Source: Spirochaetota bacterium
GTDB taxonomy: Bacteria; Spirochaetota; Spirochaetia; Treponematales; UBA12059
NCBI GenBank assembly: GCA_029547205.1
Contig: JAKPPT010000142.1
Span: 6,628-70,627 of the forward strand
Length of the DNA: 64,000 nt
Direction of reading: 5' to 3'
Shown: positions 1 through 9,897 of the stretch, one piece after another
Numbering within the stretch: the first letter of the stretch is position 1
Layout of the letters: each line of letters opens with the position of its first letter
Notes under the pieces: model-generated
Databases searched by the model: none
What the model was told of the DNA's origin: nothing
What the model saw: only the letters and a program-made list of their open reading frames with translations
Position numbers and translations under genes: made by a program

Positions 1-1908
1 ATCATGTTGCCGTACTGTTCCAATAAATGTAGACACCTCACTCTTAATTTTATTCACAATTTCTTTTGCTGCAAGATCCTTATTAGCAATTATTATATTA
101 GAAAGCGCTTTTCGGCCAAACTGTTTTCCCTGTTCATTCATGCATTCAATGAGACCATCGGTATAGAGTGCAACCATATCTCCGTTATTAAGTTTGATCA
201 TTTTTCTCGCATATTCGGTGTTTTTTTCTACCCCAATAGGTAAGCTCTGAATTTCAACTGTTTCGATTGAGTTGGTAGCTCTCCGGTAAATGAGCATAGG
301 CTGATGCCCGGCATTTGCATATTCAGTTTCACCAGTTTCAAGATTAACCGCTAAGAGCGACAGTGTTGCAAAATGATCAAAATCGATTTTTCCGGTTATG
401 CCCCTATTGACCCAATCGAGCACAGTAGCCATATCTCGCGGTGTATTACAGATAAGGTGCAGTAATGCCCGAATCATAACAAGCAGTGTAGCAGCAACAA
501 TACCTTTGCCCGCTATATCACCGATTACTATTACGACCCTATCTTTACGGGTCTGAATGACATCGTAATAATCTCCCGAAACTCCTACACTGGGCTGGAG
601 GAACGCTCCTAGCTGTAGCGTTTTATATTGAGGTAGTTTCTTAGGTAGCATTGCTTTTTGAATTTGTGCAGCAGTATCAGCTGATTGCTGAATGTTACTG
701 CGTTCTTTAACTTCCAGGAATCGCAAAAAGTTGCTGAGCGAAATTGTACCAAAATTAGCCAGTATTTTAGTACGATCAAAATCATTTTCTGAAAAAAATG
801 TTCCTGGCTGCGTCTTTACTGCAGTATAGACACCCATGACTTTATCTTCTACCATCAACGGGACAGCAATGAATGATGTTATCCTTAAAAAATCTTCGTC
901 GCCATTCTGAACAATTCTTGAATCGAGAGAAGCATCGGGTATATAGATATTTTTTATAGATTTAGCACATTCACCCAGAATATTGGAACTATAATCAAAT
1001 TGAATATGCTTCATCCAGGAAACGATTCTGTTTTCTTTTTTTGGTAACCCTTCAGGTAAGGCTATGGGAGGTGGATAATTTCCTGTATACGCTTTAGCTG
1101 ATAGCTGCTCATCAAACTCATCAACCATGAAAATCATACTGCCATCTGCATGAATTTCTTCATGGATCGCTTCATTGAGGCTCCGAAGAATATCTCCGGC
1201 TTCAAAACTATCTTTGAGTACCGTACCTGTTTTCATAAAAAGGTTGTACAGCGAATCGAATGTTTCTTCATAATAGTTGGTTGCAGCTACCATTTCCGCA
1301 TCATGTTCGCGTAAGAAACGGAGTGCTGCGTAGACGAGCCACCAGTAACTTAATGGAGTAATAAACCGTGTATAGATATCAGCAGTAATTCCGATGAGCA
1401 ATCCCAGTACAGTGTATAACAGCATTGAGGCAAGTGCCCACGGTATAATTGCATTGAGAACAACATGCGTTATCGTTTCTGAATATTTTTTATTGAAAAA
1501 CCATAAAACAGCTATTGCAGCAAGATCAATTACTAAAAAAGCATACAAAATAGGCTGTGTAAAAAACTCAAGAGCTTTAACCATTGGCTGAATTATTAAC
1601 ACAGCGGAAACAATGATATTCAACACAATAAGTAAATACAACCATACTCTTCGTTTTTTATACGGTAATATAAAAACACAGGCTGTGACTGCAAAAAAAG
1701 CAATGAGAGCAACAGTCCAAACTAACCTATCGGTAAAAATAGTACTTATAACACTTTTTATAAAGAGAAATACAGAAAGAACTATAAAGCCAGATGTATT
1801 ACCTTCAGTGTCTTTTGTGCGTATATAAATAAAAAACGGCACAAGTAAGGCAAAGAAAAAAAATGATATAATAAATGGTAGTGACACAATTTGCTGTAAA
1901 AATGCCAT
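1..1908 (-). CDS. SpoIIE/PP2C-family serine phosphatase with an N-terminal polytopic membrane region and a central GAF-like region. The 3' end runs off the window start; absent from the supplied ORF track.
   Basis: Own translation from ATG at 1908 gives MAFLQQIVSLPFIISFFFFALLVPFFIYI..., with several hydrophobic helices. PP2C/SpoIIE blocks follow: SGDYYDVIQTRKDRVVIVIGDIAGKGIVAATLLVMIRALL, YANAGHQPMLIY, LYTDGLIECMN. The frame stays open to position 1. Confidence 0.8.
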   Translation of the reverse strand, partial: MAFLQQIVSLPFIISFFFFALLVPFFIYIRTKDTEGNTSGFIVLSVFLFIKSVISTIFTDRLVWTVALIAFFAVTACVFILPYKKRRVWLYLLIVLNIIVSAVLIIQPMVKALEFFTQPILYAFLVIDLAAIAVLWFFNKKYSETITHVVLNAIIPWALASMLLYTVLGLLIGITADIYTRFITPLSYWWLVYAALRFLREHDAEMVAATNYYEETFDSLYNLFMKTGTVLKDSFEAGDILRSLNEAIHEEIHADGSMIFMVDEFDEQLSAKAYTGNYPPPIALPEGLPKKENRIVSWMKHIQFDYSSNILGECAKSIKNIYIPDASLDSRIVQNGDEDFLRITSFIAVPLMVEDKVMGVYTAVKTQPGTFFSENDFDRTKILANFGTISLSNFLRFLEVKERSNIQQSADTAAQIQKAMLPKKLPQYKTLQLGAFLQPSVGVSGDYYDVIQTRKDRVVIVIGDIAGKGIVAATLLVMIRALLHLICNTPRDMATVLDWVNRGITGKIDFDHFATLSLLAVNLETGETEYANAGHQPMLIYRRATNSIETVEIQSLPIGVEKNTEYARKMIKLNNGDMVALYTDGLIECMNEQGKQFGRKALSNIIIANKDLAAKEIVNKIKSEVSTFIGTVRQHD

Positions 1909-2003
1909 GTAACCTCTGAAAGTAAAATATTTCTATATCAAATAAGCAATTCCTTATTATTCTAACATGCAAAAAGTACAATCGTCAAGAAAAAGTTAGC
2001 TTT

Positions 2004-2033
2004 TTGACAAATTGCTATGCTTGATAGTAAAAT
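2004..2033 (+). promoter_or_regulatory. Putative sigma70-type promoter for the 957-aa ORF
   Basis: TTGACA (2004-2009), 18-nt spacer, TAAAAT (2028-2033) in the divergent intergenic region. Confidence 0.3.
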
Positions 2034-2046
2034 ACAAGCGCTATAG

Positions 2047-2064
2047 CATGATACCTGTATCATG
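2047..2064 (+). promoter_or_regulatory. 18-bp palindrome (operator-like or 5'-UTR hairpin)
   Basis: CATGATAC-CT-GTATCATG has perfect 8-bp arms. It lies between the putative promoter and the GGAG RBS of the ORF starting at 2088. Confidence 0.3.
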
Positions 2065-2087
2065 AGCCCATATACTCTGGAGCCAAA

Positions 2088-4961
2088 ATGTTTATAATTT
2101 CAATATACATTGATTACTATTACCAAATTCAGCGATGCCGTGCTCAAAAGTATGATGCTTTTTTTAAGGATCTACAAAACATTATCAGTGACTACGGAAT
2201 GATTCCCGAACAAAAACGCGAACATCCACTCAATTTCTCCTATTCGGAAAGCGGGCCCTTTGCATTTTTTCAATTAGCATGTTTTCTGGAAAGCCTTGAT
2301 CAATGTTTTATCAAATATCGTAAGCTCTTTACCACTATAACGGTATATATTGATAGTTCTACAACTCCCGAAATTGAGCATGAACATGCCTGGGAAAAAT
2401 CGCGCTATACACTTAATCCATCACCCCGTTATTTTGCTACAAAAGATATACTGCAAAAGCTAAAGGCCTACATTGAGATGGGCAACTCAAAAACTATACT
2501 TTCTCCTGTTATTTTATCAGTGAGAAAACACATTGCTATGCAGTATGCCAGTAATATAATGCCTTACTGTATTCCAGAAGATAATCTTGAAACCGTTATT
2601 ACCGAAATAGAATGCTCCACCACCCCTGTCCTGGTATTAAAACTGACCTCGCTTCTGCAAAATTCAGCACAGGCCATCGCCTGTATAACCGAAAAAAAAG
2701 GCAGAAAACCTCTTGCTATTTTGTGTAATGATAGATATTCACTGCAAGTTACAACGCCATTTGATACCTTCTCGCTCAAAGAAGATGAAAAGACCGAAAC
2801 TGTCTATCATCAAAAGCTTAAAGCAAATTCCAGCAATTTTTCTATGTTGCTTGCGGGCATAAGTATGTCTCAAAAGCTGTTGTTTTTGACTTCACTTCCA
2901 GAATGGATTGAATCTTCCTGCGAGCACATTATAAGGCTTATTCTTGAAAAACGAGTAACTGAATCACTTGATTCAGGATGTACGCCATGGTTTATTTGCA
3001 ATACAAGCAGACCGATATCTGATTTTGGTGCAGATTTTATTACTGCGTGGATTTCAGATGCAACGATTCAGCATCTTGGTAAAACACTTATCATTACTTC
3101 TGCAGAGCTACCAAAAGGTATTTCTTTTGAAAACTCACGAATTATTACTGCTACTATTAACAATGATTCAATAAATACTATTATAGAAAAAGCATTAGGA
3201 GATATTACTGATACTGATCGATCTATACTGAAAAACTGGTTTATGTTACTCCTTACGCAGGGATATAAAAATTTTATACCCAAAAAACGAGTTGAACAAT
3301 TATTATCACTGGCACCAAAAGAAATGCTATACTATCTTTACATTTTATTACGATCAAACGATTTTAAAAATATTACCGCTTCAGAAGAAACTATCAATTC
3401 ACTATTTGGAATTAAGAAAAACAGTATAGATATTTTATTAAAAATTTTAAAGACTTTTGGTTTTATTACTGATGATTTTCTCTTACCAGCATCATTTTTT
3501 CTTGATTTTGAAGCATTGCTTCCAGAAACTATAAAACAACATATCGATACAGTTTTTGAGAATTTTATAGTGCAAAAATTGCAAGACAATTCAATTTATC
3601 CTACGATTGACATACTGCGATATACAGGTATCAACATTAGTGAAGAATTTATTATTCAATGTGTTGTTTCCCTTGCTCAACGTCCAGATTATGATATCCC
3701 GGAATCTGCTGAAGGTTTGCCAGAACAATATAAACTCATTGCAGATTTTTATTCAGCATTAGCCCATAGCGATGCAGTACAATCCCAAAATGCACTCATT
3801 GCACTGAAAAAGAATTCAAATAACACATTGACCACCATCATTAATTTAATAGACACTGAATATGCTTTTGCATCTGCAAGTATCACAGAGGGATATGCAA
3901 ATGCAAGAAAAGCTTTACTCTCTATACGGGATCAGACAAACCCCAAGATCAAAAGCCGTATTCATCGCTTAATGGGTTTACTGTGTTTCATTACAGAAAG
4001 AGAAACCGAAGGATCTGAATTCTTAAATAATGCAGGTAGTTTTGCAGTTTCATGCCATGATATACAAGAACAGTGTTGTGTCACCTATAAGAAATCAATC
4101 GAGGAATACATCTTTTACTCTTTAAGCCAATCCATGTATTATGCAAAAGAGTGTCAAACGCTAGCAGAAAATATTTCAAGACCAGACTATCTTATAGCAG
4201 CAAAATCGCTCCAGGGGAGAATCAATTTTGATCTCGGACTCTATGATGATTCGGCTCAATTGTTTCTTCAGGCATCAATGCTTGCTTCTCAGTATAGTCT
4301 TGAAGATGCTCGAGTGCGCTCTGCACTCTGGCATGCACGCGCACTTGCGTACTGTGGCAGAATCCCGGAAGCGCGAAGCATACTCGACCAATGGAATGAT
4401 GATAATGAAGCACTATTTTTTATAGCAGAAACAGAACTGCTTAGAGAAAACTATAGTGCTGCATACGCAATATTGGAAAACGAGCCACACATTATGCCAA
4501 AACCTTTTATTGGGCCAGATACCATAGCATGGAGCTCACTGTTTCAAGAAATTGAAGGTACTGCATATGATTTTACAATTGCTTGCGGGCCGCTTTACTA
4601 CTATTATCAATTCTTTAAAACGTATTTATCGGTTTTACATATTTATAGCTCTACTGCAAAAACAAATTATAATGAAATAGAAATCCAGCAAGCAATTATG
4701 AAACTCCAGGAAATGGTTAAACAGCACAAAGCAATTTCAGAAGGTCCTTATGCACCTCAATTTCTCTACTGGATATATGAAACCACTGAATTGTTTCCAT
4801 TTTTTACGATCGATAAGCAAACAGCACTCTCGCGAGCTTTCAAAGCGTTCCAGAAAAGATCTGGCAAAATCGATGACAGAACATCAAGAAATCTTTACAT
4901 GAATAAAAACAGATGGAACCAGAAAATATTAGAAGCTGCGCAAAGGTATCATTTTATATGA
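2088..4961 (+). CDS. Large hypothetical protein (957 aa) with a TPR-like helical C-terminal third; family not recognised
   Basis: Long track ORF with GGAG 6 nt upstream of ATG 2088. Its stop overlaps the next start (ATGA at 4958-4961). No Walker A motif seen. Helical repeats such as ALWHARALAYCGRIPEARSILDQW occur near the C-terminus. Confidence 0.6.
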   Translation: MFIISIYIDYYYQIQRCRAQKYDAFFKDLQNIISDYGMIPEQKREHPLNFSYSESGPFAFFQLACFLESLDQCFIKYRKLFTTITVYIDSSTTPEIEHEHAWEKSRYTLNPSPRYFATKDILQKLKAYIEMGNSKTILSPVILSVRKHIAMQYASNIMPYCIPEDNLETVITEIECSTTPVLVLKLTSLLQNSAQAIACITEKKGRKPLAILCNDRYSLQVTTPFDTFSLKEDEKTETVYHQKLKANSSNFSMLLAGISMSQKLLFLTSLPEWIESSCEHIIRLILEKRVTESLDSGCTPWFICNTSRPISDFGADFITAWISDATIQHLGKTLIITSAELPKGISFENSRIITATINNDSINTIIEKALGDITDTDRSILKNWFMLLLTQGYKNFIPKKRVEQLLSLAPKEMLYYLYILLRSNDFKNITASEETINSLFGIKKNSIDILLKILKTFGFITDDFLLPASFFLDFEALLPETIKQHIDTVFENFIVQKLQDNSIYPTIDILRYTGINISEEFIIQCVVSLAQRPDYDIPESAEGLPEQYKLIADFYSALAHSDAVQSQNALIALKKNSNNTLTTIINLIDTEYAFASASITEGYANARKALLSIRDQTNPKIKSRIHRLMGLLCFITERETEGSEFLNNAGSFAVSCHDIQEQCCVTYKKSIEEYIFYSLSQSMYYAKECQTLAENISRPDYLIAAKSLQGRINFDLGLYDDSAQLFLQASMLASQYSLEDARVRSALWHARALAYCGRIPEARSILDQWNDDNEALFFIAETELLRENYSAAYAILENEPHIMPKPFIGPDTIAWSSLFQEIEGTAYDFTIACGPLYYYYQFFKTYLSVLHIYSSTAKTNYNEIEIQQAIMKLQEMVKQHKAISEGPYAPQFLYWIYETTELFPFFTIDKQTALSRAFKAFQKRSGKIDDRTSRNLYMNKNRWNQKILEAAQRYHFI

Positions 4962-5878
4962 GTCAGATTCAACCAATTGATGCTGTTGTTTATCATGTAC
5001 TGCCCGATTTTATTGAACATTTCTTCGATGAAGTTTCTGGTTCTCCAATTCGCGTTGATGGAGATCTATATACATATGAGAAGCAATCTAAAAATATATA
5101 CTGGGTAAAAAATATTTGGAACAAACCATTTATCGCAGATTTTGACAGCATCTCTGATGCAGCAACACTATTAAAAAATATTCAGCGGAATTGGGCTCCA
5201 TACACATATCGCCTCGCACGCAGAACGCACTTAATCAAAGAAAAACTACCTTATATATCTGACAAACCTAAACCGTTCCCTTATTTCGCTCCCCAAACGC
5301 CCATGGGTTCATTTACACTTATTGATGAACACCATCTCCTTGCCAGTGCTTCATGCTCAAGTCCCTGGCCATGTGGTTCTATACAATTTGAAGAGGATCA
5401 CATCAATCCTCCTGGGAGAGCATACAGAAAACTATGGGAAGCATTCGCACTGGCTCAAAAGTTGCCTCAGCGAGGCGAACGTTGCATTGATGCTGGTGCA
5501 TCTCCCGGAAGCTGGACATGGGTATTGGCATCGCTCGGTGCAGAGGTACTTGCAATTGACAGAGCTCCACTTGCACCTTCAATAGCAGCACTACAGGGCG
5601 TAACATATTTAAAACATAATGCGTTTACACTTAAACCTGAATCCCTCGGTCCAGTCGACTGGCTGTTTTCTGATGTTATCTGTTATCCTCCTGCTCTGTA
5701 TGAATGGATAGCAGAATGGGTAGAAAAAAAACTGGCAAAGAACTATATTTGCACAATCAAAATGCAGGGTAAAGCGTGGGATGCAGCAACAACTGCAAAG
5801 TTTGCAAACATACCAGGCTCAACAGTTATTCATCTCCACCATAATAAACACGAACTGACCTGGATGCTTTTACAATAA
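4958..5878 (+). CDS. rlmM: RlmM-like SAM-dependent rRNA 2'-O-ribose methyltransferase
   Basis: IDAGASPGSWTWVLASLGAEVLAIDRA (SAM motif I), WLFSDVICYP and TIKMQGK resemble the E. coli RlmM blocks DLGACPGGWT and MVCDMVEKP. Start placed at ATG 4958 (MSQIQPID), overlapping the upstream stop, instead of the track start 4913. Confidence 0.65.
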   Translation: MSQIQPIDAVVYHVLPDFIEHFFDEVSGSPIRVDGDLYTYEKQSKNIYWVKNIWNKPFIADFDSISDAATLLKNIQRNWAPYTYRLARRTHLIKEKLPYISDKPKPFPYFAPQTPMGSFTLIDEHHLLASASCSSPWPCGSIQFEEDHINPPGRAYRKLWEAFALAQKLPQRGERCIDAGASPGSWTWVLASLGAEVLAIDRAPLAPSIAALQGVTYLKHNAFTLKPESLGPVDWLFSDVICYPPALYEWIAEWVEKKLAKNYICTIKMQGKAWDAATTAKFANIPGSTVIHLHHNKHELTWMLLQ

Positions 5879-5915
5879 CGCCAGCATCATAAGCACATTG
5901 TTTTATACTTAGCCA

Positions 5916-7919
5916 TTATTTACTTTGTTTGTTGTTAAGCATAGTTTTCCATGCATCCCATACCTTATTGCTATCCTCTTCGGTAAGCGGTGCGTCCTCC
6001 AGTTTCCAGGTAATAAGATTTTCTGGAATCTCTTCTAAAAAAGGAGAAAATGCTGATTCAGTTGTTGTACTTCCGCGTCTCCTCATTCTGCAGCCTGATA
6101 TTATTATTTTTTTACGTGCACGAGTGAGAGCAACATAGAAAAGCCTGCGCTCTTCTTCGAGAGAACTTGCCGATTCTTCCAGCGAACGCGCATGTGGTAT
6201 TATTCCCTCTTCACAGCCAGGAATAAAAACTATATCAAACTCAAGTCCTTTTGATGCATGAATAGTCATTACATTTACTTTGCCGCCACTTTCTTCATCT
6301 TGATCTTCTCGAGAGACCAGAGAAATCCTGTTGAGATATGCAAACAAAGTGGGATCAAAATTATCAGGATCCTGTTCCCACATTTCAATACCCTGTATAA
6401 GCCTTTCGACGTTAAGGAATTTCCATTTTGCAGCTTTGTCATTATTTGGGTTTTCGCTTACGAGATATCCCCAATAATCAATTTCGTCAACAAGTTTTTT
6501 TATTCGTTTTGCAAGTCCCCTTTTACCTAAAAGTTCCTCTCGATAGCGCGCAAGGAGATCTATAAACATTGCTATTTCTCCGCGCGCAGTACTTCCAATA
6601 TGCTGATCCTGTGAATAGATAATATAGTTTAATGCATCGTGAATGCTGGATTCATTCGCTCGGGCAATTTCAGATATAATCTCTACCGATTTTCTTCCAA
6701 GCCCCCGCCTTGGGACATTTATAATTCGTAAAAGATTTATATCATCATCGGGGTTTGCAATTGCACGCAGATAGGAAATTATATCCTTAATTTCCTTACG
6801 CTGGAAAAAACTTGTTCCGCCTGTCAGCTTGTATGGTATTCCTGCGCTGATAAAAGCTTCCTCAATAAAGCGCATACTGCTGTTAGTTCTTACAAGCACA
6901 CCAAATTGATCATAACGGAAATGTTCAACCAGCTTATGTTCTCGGATTGCAGCTGCAATAAAATCAGCTTCCTGAATTTCGTTATCCTTGAGATGAACTT
7001 CTATTAGAGAACCGCCTTCATGAGGACTCTGAAGATTTTTTTCTTTACGGTTTTTATTATGCGCTATGACACTATTAGCTGCATCCAGTATCGTTGTTGT
7101 AGAACGATAATTTCTGTACAGTGTTATGAGTTTTCGTTCAGGCCAATCTTTTTCAAAGCTGAGTATATTCTCATAATTAGCGCCTCGCCAGGAGTAGATT
7201 GACTGGTCATCATCACCTACTACACATATATTTTTGTCAGCTAGCAACCGGAGCAATTTATATTGTTCAATGGAAGTATCTTGAAATTCATCGACCATTA
7301 TATAACGGTAATGATTTCTGTACTTATCCCGTATTGCAGGAAATTCAGTAAAAATGCGAATAGGAAGCACAATAAGGTCATCAAAATCGACTGCATTATA
7401 TGCTTTTAGTGAAGCTTGATATTCGTTAAATATTTTTTGCTCTGTTTTTTGATGACCTTCCCAAACAAATTGACCATTCTTTATGCCAGAAAAGGTATAC
7501 GCTAACGATGCAATATCAAATGATTGTACAACTAAACCAAGTTCTTTAAGACATTCTTTGATGAGTTCATGCTTATCAACTTCATCATATATTGTAAAAT
7601 TTTCTTTCCAACCTATGTTATGAATTTCTTTACGTAAAATTTGAACACCAAATGCATGGAATGTACTCACGGTTAAATTTTGAAGTTTTCGTTGAGTAAG
7701 CTCTCGCACCCGATCTGCCATTTCTTTTGCCGCTTTGTTAGTAAATGTCAGCGCAAGAATTTGTGACTGCGGAATGCCTTTTTCGAGCATATACGCAATC
7801 CGATACGTTATTACTCTGGTCTTACCCGAACCGGCACCTGCTATGATTAATACTGGTCCCTCAATAGAAGTTACTCCTTCATACTGTTCGGGATTGAGTT
7901 CGTTTCTGTAATCTATCAT
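5916..7919 (-). CDS. pcrA: UvrD/PcrA/Rep-family ATP-dependent DNA helicase
   Basis: Walker A AGAGSGKTRVIT, motif II MVDEFQDTS, VMTIHASKGLEFD and YVALTRARKK are canonical SF1A helicase motifs. Confidence 0.9.
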   Translation of the reverse strand: MIDYRNELNPEQYEGVTSIEGPVLIIAGAGSGKTRVITYRIAYMLEKGIPQSQILALTFTNKAAKEMADRVRELTQRKLQNLTVSTFHAFGVQILRKEIHNIGWKENFTIYDEVDKHELIKECLKELGLVVQSFDIASLAYTFSGIKNGQFVWEGHQKTEQKIFNEYQASLKAYNAVDFDDLIVLPIRIFTEFPAIRDKYRNHYRYIMVDEFQDTSIEQYKLLRLLADKNICVVGDDDQSIYSWRGANYENILSFEKDWPERKLITLYRNYRSTTTILDAANSVIAHNKNRKEKNLQSPHEGGSLIEVHLKDNEIQEADFIAAAIREHKLVEHFRYDQFGVLVRTNSSMRFIEEAFISAGIPYKLTGGTSFFQRKEIKDIISYLRAIANPDDDINLLRIINVPRRGLGRKSVEIISEIARANESSIHDALNYIIYSQDQHIGSTARGEIAMFIDLLARYREELLGKRGLAKRIKKLVDEIDYWGYLVSENPNNDKAAKWKFLNVERLIQGIEMWEQDPDNFDPTLFAYLNRISLVSREDQDEESGGKVNVMTIHASKGLEFDIVFIPGCEEGIIPHARSLEESASSLEEERRLFYVALTRARKKIIISGCRMRRRGSTTTESAFSPFLEEIPENLITWKLEDAPLTEEDSNKVWDAWKTMLNNKQSK

Positions 7920-7922
7920 AAA

Positions 7923-8402
7923 TTATATTTTCTTTATAAAAAAATTCAAACTTTTTATGCCAAGCAATAGTACTAAAGAAACTATAATGCCAGCAATTGC
8001 AACTCCAGCAATAACCATAAAGGCTGATTTTTTTCGATTCATTGCTAGCAGCCATGCTCCCAGTGCTCCAGTCCATGCCCCGGTAACCGGAAGCGGAATT
8101 GCAACAAATACGAGGAGTCCGGCATACCCAAATTTTTCAACCTTTGCATGTATTTTGCTGACTGCTCGAGTACTGAGCGCTGTAAATATTTTTTCGTACC
8201 ATTTTAGTTTTAATAAAATTTTATGCACAGTATCAAGAAATATAAATGCTATAAAAGGGACGAGCGCATTTATACCAACTGCAAGCGGTGCAATCCACCA
8301 AATTTCACCACCAACAGCCAGTCCATACGGGATAGCACCACGTAATTCAGAAATTGGAAGTAGCGATAATGCAGTAAAAACCAGGAACTGATTAAGCGTC
8401 AT
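7923..8402 (-). CDS. Small multidrug-export family membrane protein (COG2426-like)
   Basis: LLPISELRGAIPYGLA signature plus several TM helices. Start moved to ATG 8402 (MTLNQF), which reduces the overlap with miaA to 11 nt. Confidence 0.55.
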   Translation of the reverse strand: MTLNQFLVFTALSLLPISELRGAIPYGLAVGGEIWWIAPLAVGINALVPFIAFIFLDTVHKILLKLKWYEKIFTALSTRAVSKIHAKVEKFGYAGLLVFVAIPLPVTGAWTGALGAWLLAMNRKKSAFMVIAGVAIAGIIVSLVLLLGIKSLNFFIKKI

Positions 8403-9390
8403 GAGCCTCAGTATACTCAAAGAGTATGTCAGGAGCAAGGGCAGCATTAATGGCTTTTTTTATTGAAACAATATCATTTGGATCTATCCAGACTACATCA
8501 GGAAGCGAACGCATGAATGTCATTTGCCGCTTTGCATATTGTCGCGTGTGTAAAATAATCTCATTTTTTATTTGAGCCAGTATTGTTGTATTATTGAGAC
8601 ATTCGATACCATGCTGTTGCACTGCCTCCATAAACTCTGCATACCCAATACCTTTTAATCCAGGTGTGGTAACCGAATAACCTTTTGCGAGCAGAGTCTT
8701 TATTTCTTCGATAAGACCGTCATGAAACATTGCATCTACTCTATGTTCGATACGTTTAAGTAGTTCATCGCGGGGACGATTGAGTGCAAATGCATGTACA
8801 TTCCATTGCGGTCGAGGGTTAACTGGAACGGTAAAGGAAGAGAGTGGCTTCCCTGTAGCTCGAAAGACTTCGAGTGCCCGAGTAAGTCTGTACGTATCAT
8901 TGTAATGAATGCGGGAAAAACTTACTGGGTCATGGAGTTTTAGTTCTTCACGGAGCACATCGATTCCGTGCTGCTTGAGTTCATGCTGCACCTGAATTCT
9001 TATTTCAGGGCTTACCATAGGCGTTTCGGGAATCCCCATAATAAATCCCTTAATGTAATATGCAGTTCCTCCTGAAATGACTGGCAGTTTTCCACCTTCG
9101 ATACACGCTGTACATGCTTCATCAGCAAGCCGAATAAAATCTCCGATGGAAAAATCTCTCTCAGGATCCATGATGTCGATAAGTCTATGAGGCAGTTCGT
9201 CAAGAAATTCCGGGTCAGGTTTTGCTGATCCTATGGTCAAACCGCGAAAAACCTGGATACTATCCGCGGAAACAATCTCGACACGGTCATTCAAGCCCGT
9301 GTCTACAAATAATCGTTTGAGAAGCTCGGTTTTTCCACTAGCAGTCGGCCCAAAAATGGCCAGAACATTATTCTTCGATCTGGTAAACAA
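8392..9390 (-). CDS. miaA: tRNA dimethylallyltransferase
   Basis: P-loop IFGPTASGKTEL, VSADSIQVFRGLTIGSAKP and overall IPP-transferase layout. Confidence 0.9.
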   Translation of the reverse strand: MFTRSKNNVLAIFGPTASGKTELLKRLFVDTGLNDRVEIVSADSIQVFRGLTIGSAKPDPEFLDELPHRLIDIMDPERDFSIGDFIRLADEACTACIEGGKLPVISGGTAYYIKGFIMGIPETPMVSPEIRIQVQHELKQHGIDVLREELKLHDPVSFSRIHYNDTYRLTRALEVFRATGKPLSSFTVPVNPRPQWNVHAFALNRPRDELLKRIEHRVDAMFHDGLIEEIKTLLAKGYSVTTPGLKGIGYAEFMEAVQQHGIECLNNTTILAQIKNEIILHTRQYAKRQMTFMRSLPDVVWIDPNDIVSIKKAINAALAPDILFEYTEAHDA

Positions 9391-9559
9391 TCTCTTTTGA
9401 AAAAATTTGATTCATTGCTAATCCGACAACTTTTCCATCGCTGTCTACTACATCGGGAGTCTTGAGTACTGCAAGTTGATAGGCTCGTTTAGAAATTGCA
9501 ACTGCCAGTTCATAGGCATTGCCATTATAATCAAGCAGACTATTCAAAGGAATTCCCAT
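9368..9559 (-). CDS. rpoZ: Probable RNA polymerase omega subunit
   Basis: 63 aa. PLNSLLDYNGNAYELAVAISKRAYQLA fits the omega motif (N-x-Y/F-x-L...A-x-x-RA-x-Q). Confidence 0.5.
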   Translation of the reverse strand: MGIPLNSLLDYNGNAYELAVAISKRAYQLAVLKTPDVVDSDGKVVGLAMNQIFSKEIVYQIEE

Positions 9560-9564
9560 ACATA

Positions 9565-9891
9565 TTACTCCACGTCATCAAGGTTTTCAGTTTCATTGAG
9601 AGCACTGTCAATAGTAAGCAATATCCGTTCAGCAGCATCTGCAATGTATTCCATATCGGCACTTTGTGATGCTTCCTGAACTTGCTTTTGTGCTGTAAAG
9701 AGCTCATCAACGATGTATATATTCGATAGTATTGCAAGTTTCAAAGGATCCGTAACCAATGTCGCATTACGAATCATAGCAACCTTTTTTTTAATATATG
9801 AAACTATAGATTCTATATACTCCGCCTGTTCATCAGTTTCTATAGTTAGCGAAGTATCTAAAATATCAATACGGATTTTTTCTACCGCCAT
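9565..9891 (-). CDS. zapA: Cell division protein ZapA
   Basis: 108 aa. IRIDILDTSLTIETDEQAEYIESIVSYIKKKV is the typical ZapA N-terminal pattern, followed by a coiled coil. Confidence 0.7.
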   Translation of the reverse strand: MAVEKIRIDILDTSLTIETDEQAEYIESIVSYIKKKVAMIRNATLVTDPLKLAILSNIYIVDELFTAQKQVQEASQSADMEYIADAAERILLTIDSALNETENLDDVE

Positions 9892-9897
9892 GCGCTT

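Noticed and set aside
4913-4957. The track start at 4913 would extend rlmM by 15 codons into the upstream gene.
   Set aside because: ATG 4958 forms an ATGA stop/start overlap with the upstream ORF, and the extension (MEPENIRSCAKVSFY) is simply the other frame of that gene's 3' end.
5916-7919. The UvrD-like helicase could be a defence component (GajB-like or similar).
   Set aside because: It carries the full canonical PcrA/UvrD motif set. It is the last gene of a tightly packed housekeeping run (infC…miaA), with no partner ATPase or nuclease.
7957-8391. 144-aa plus-strand track ORF.
   Set aside because: It lies antisense within the small multidrug-export gene. The low-complexity Ala/Pro/Ser-rich translation is typical of a shadow ORF.
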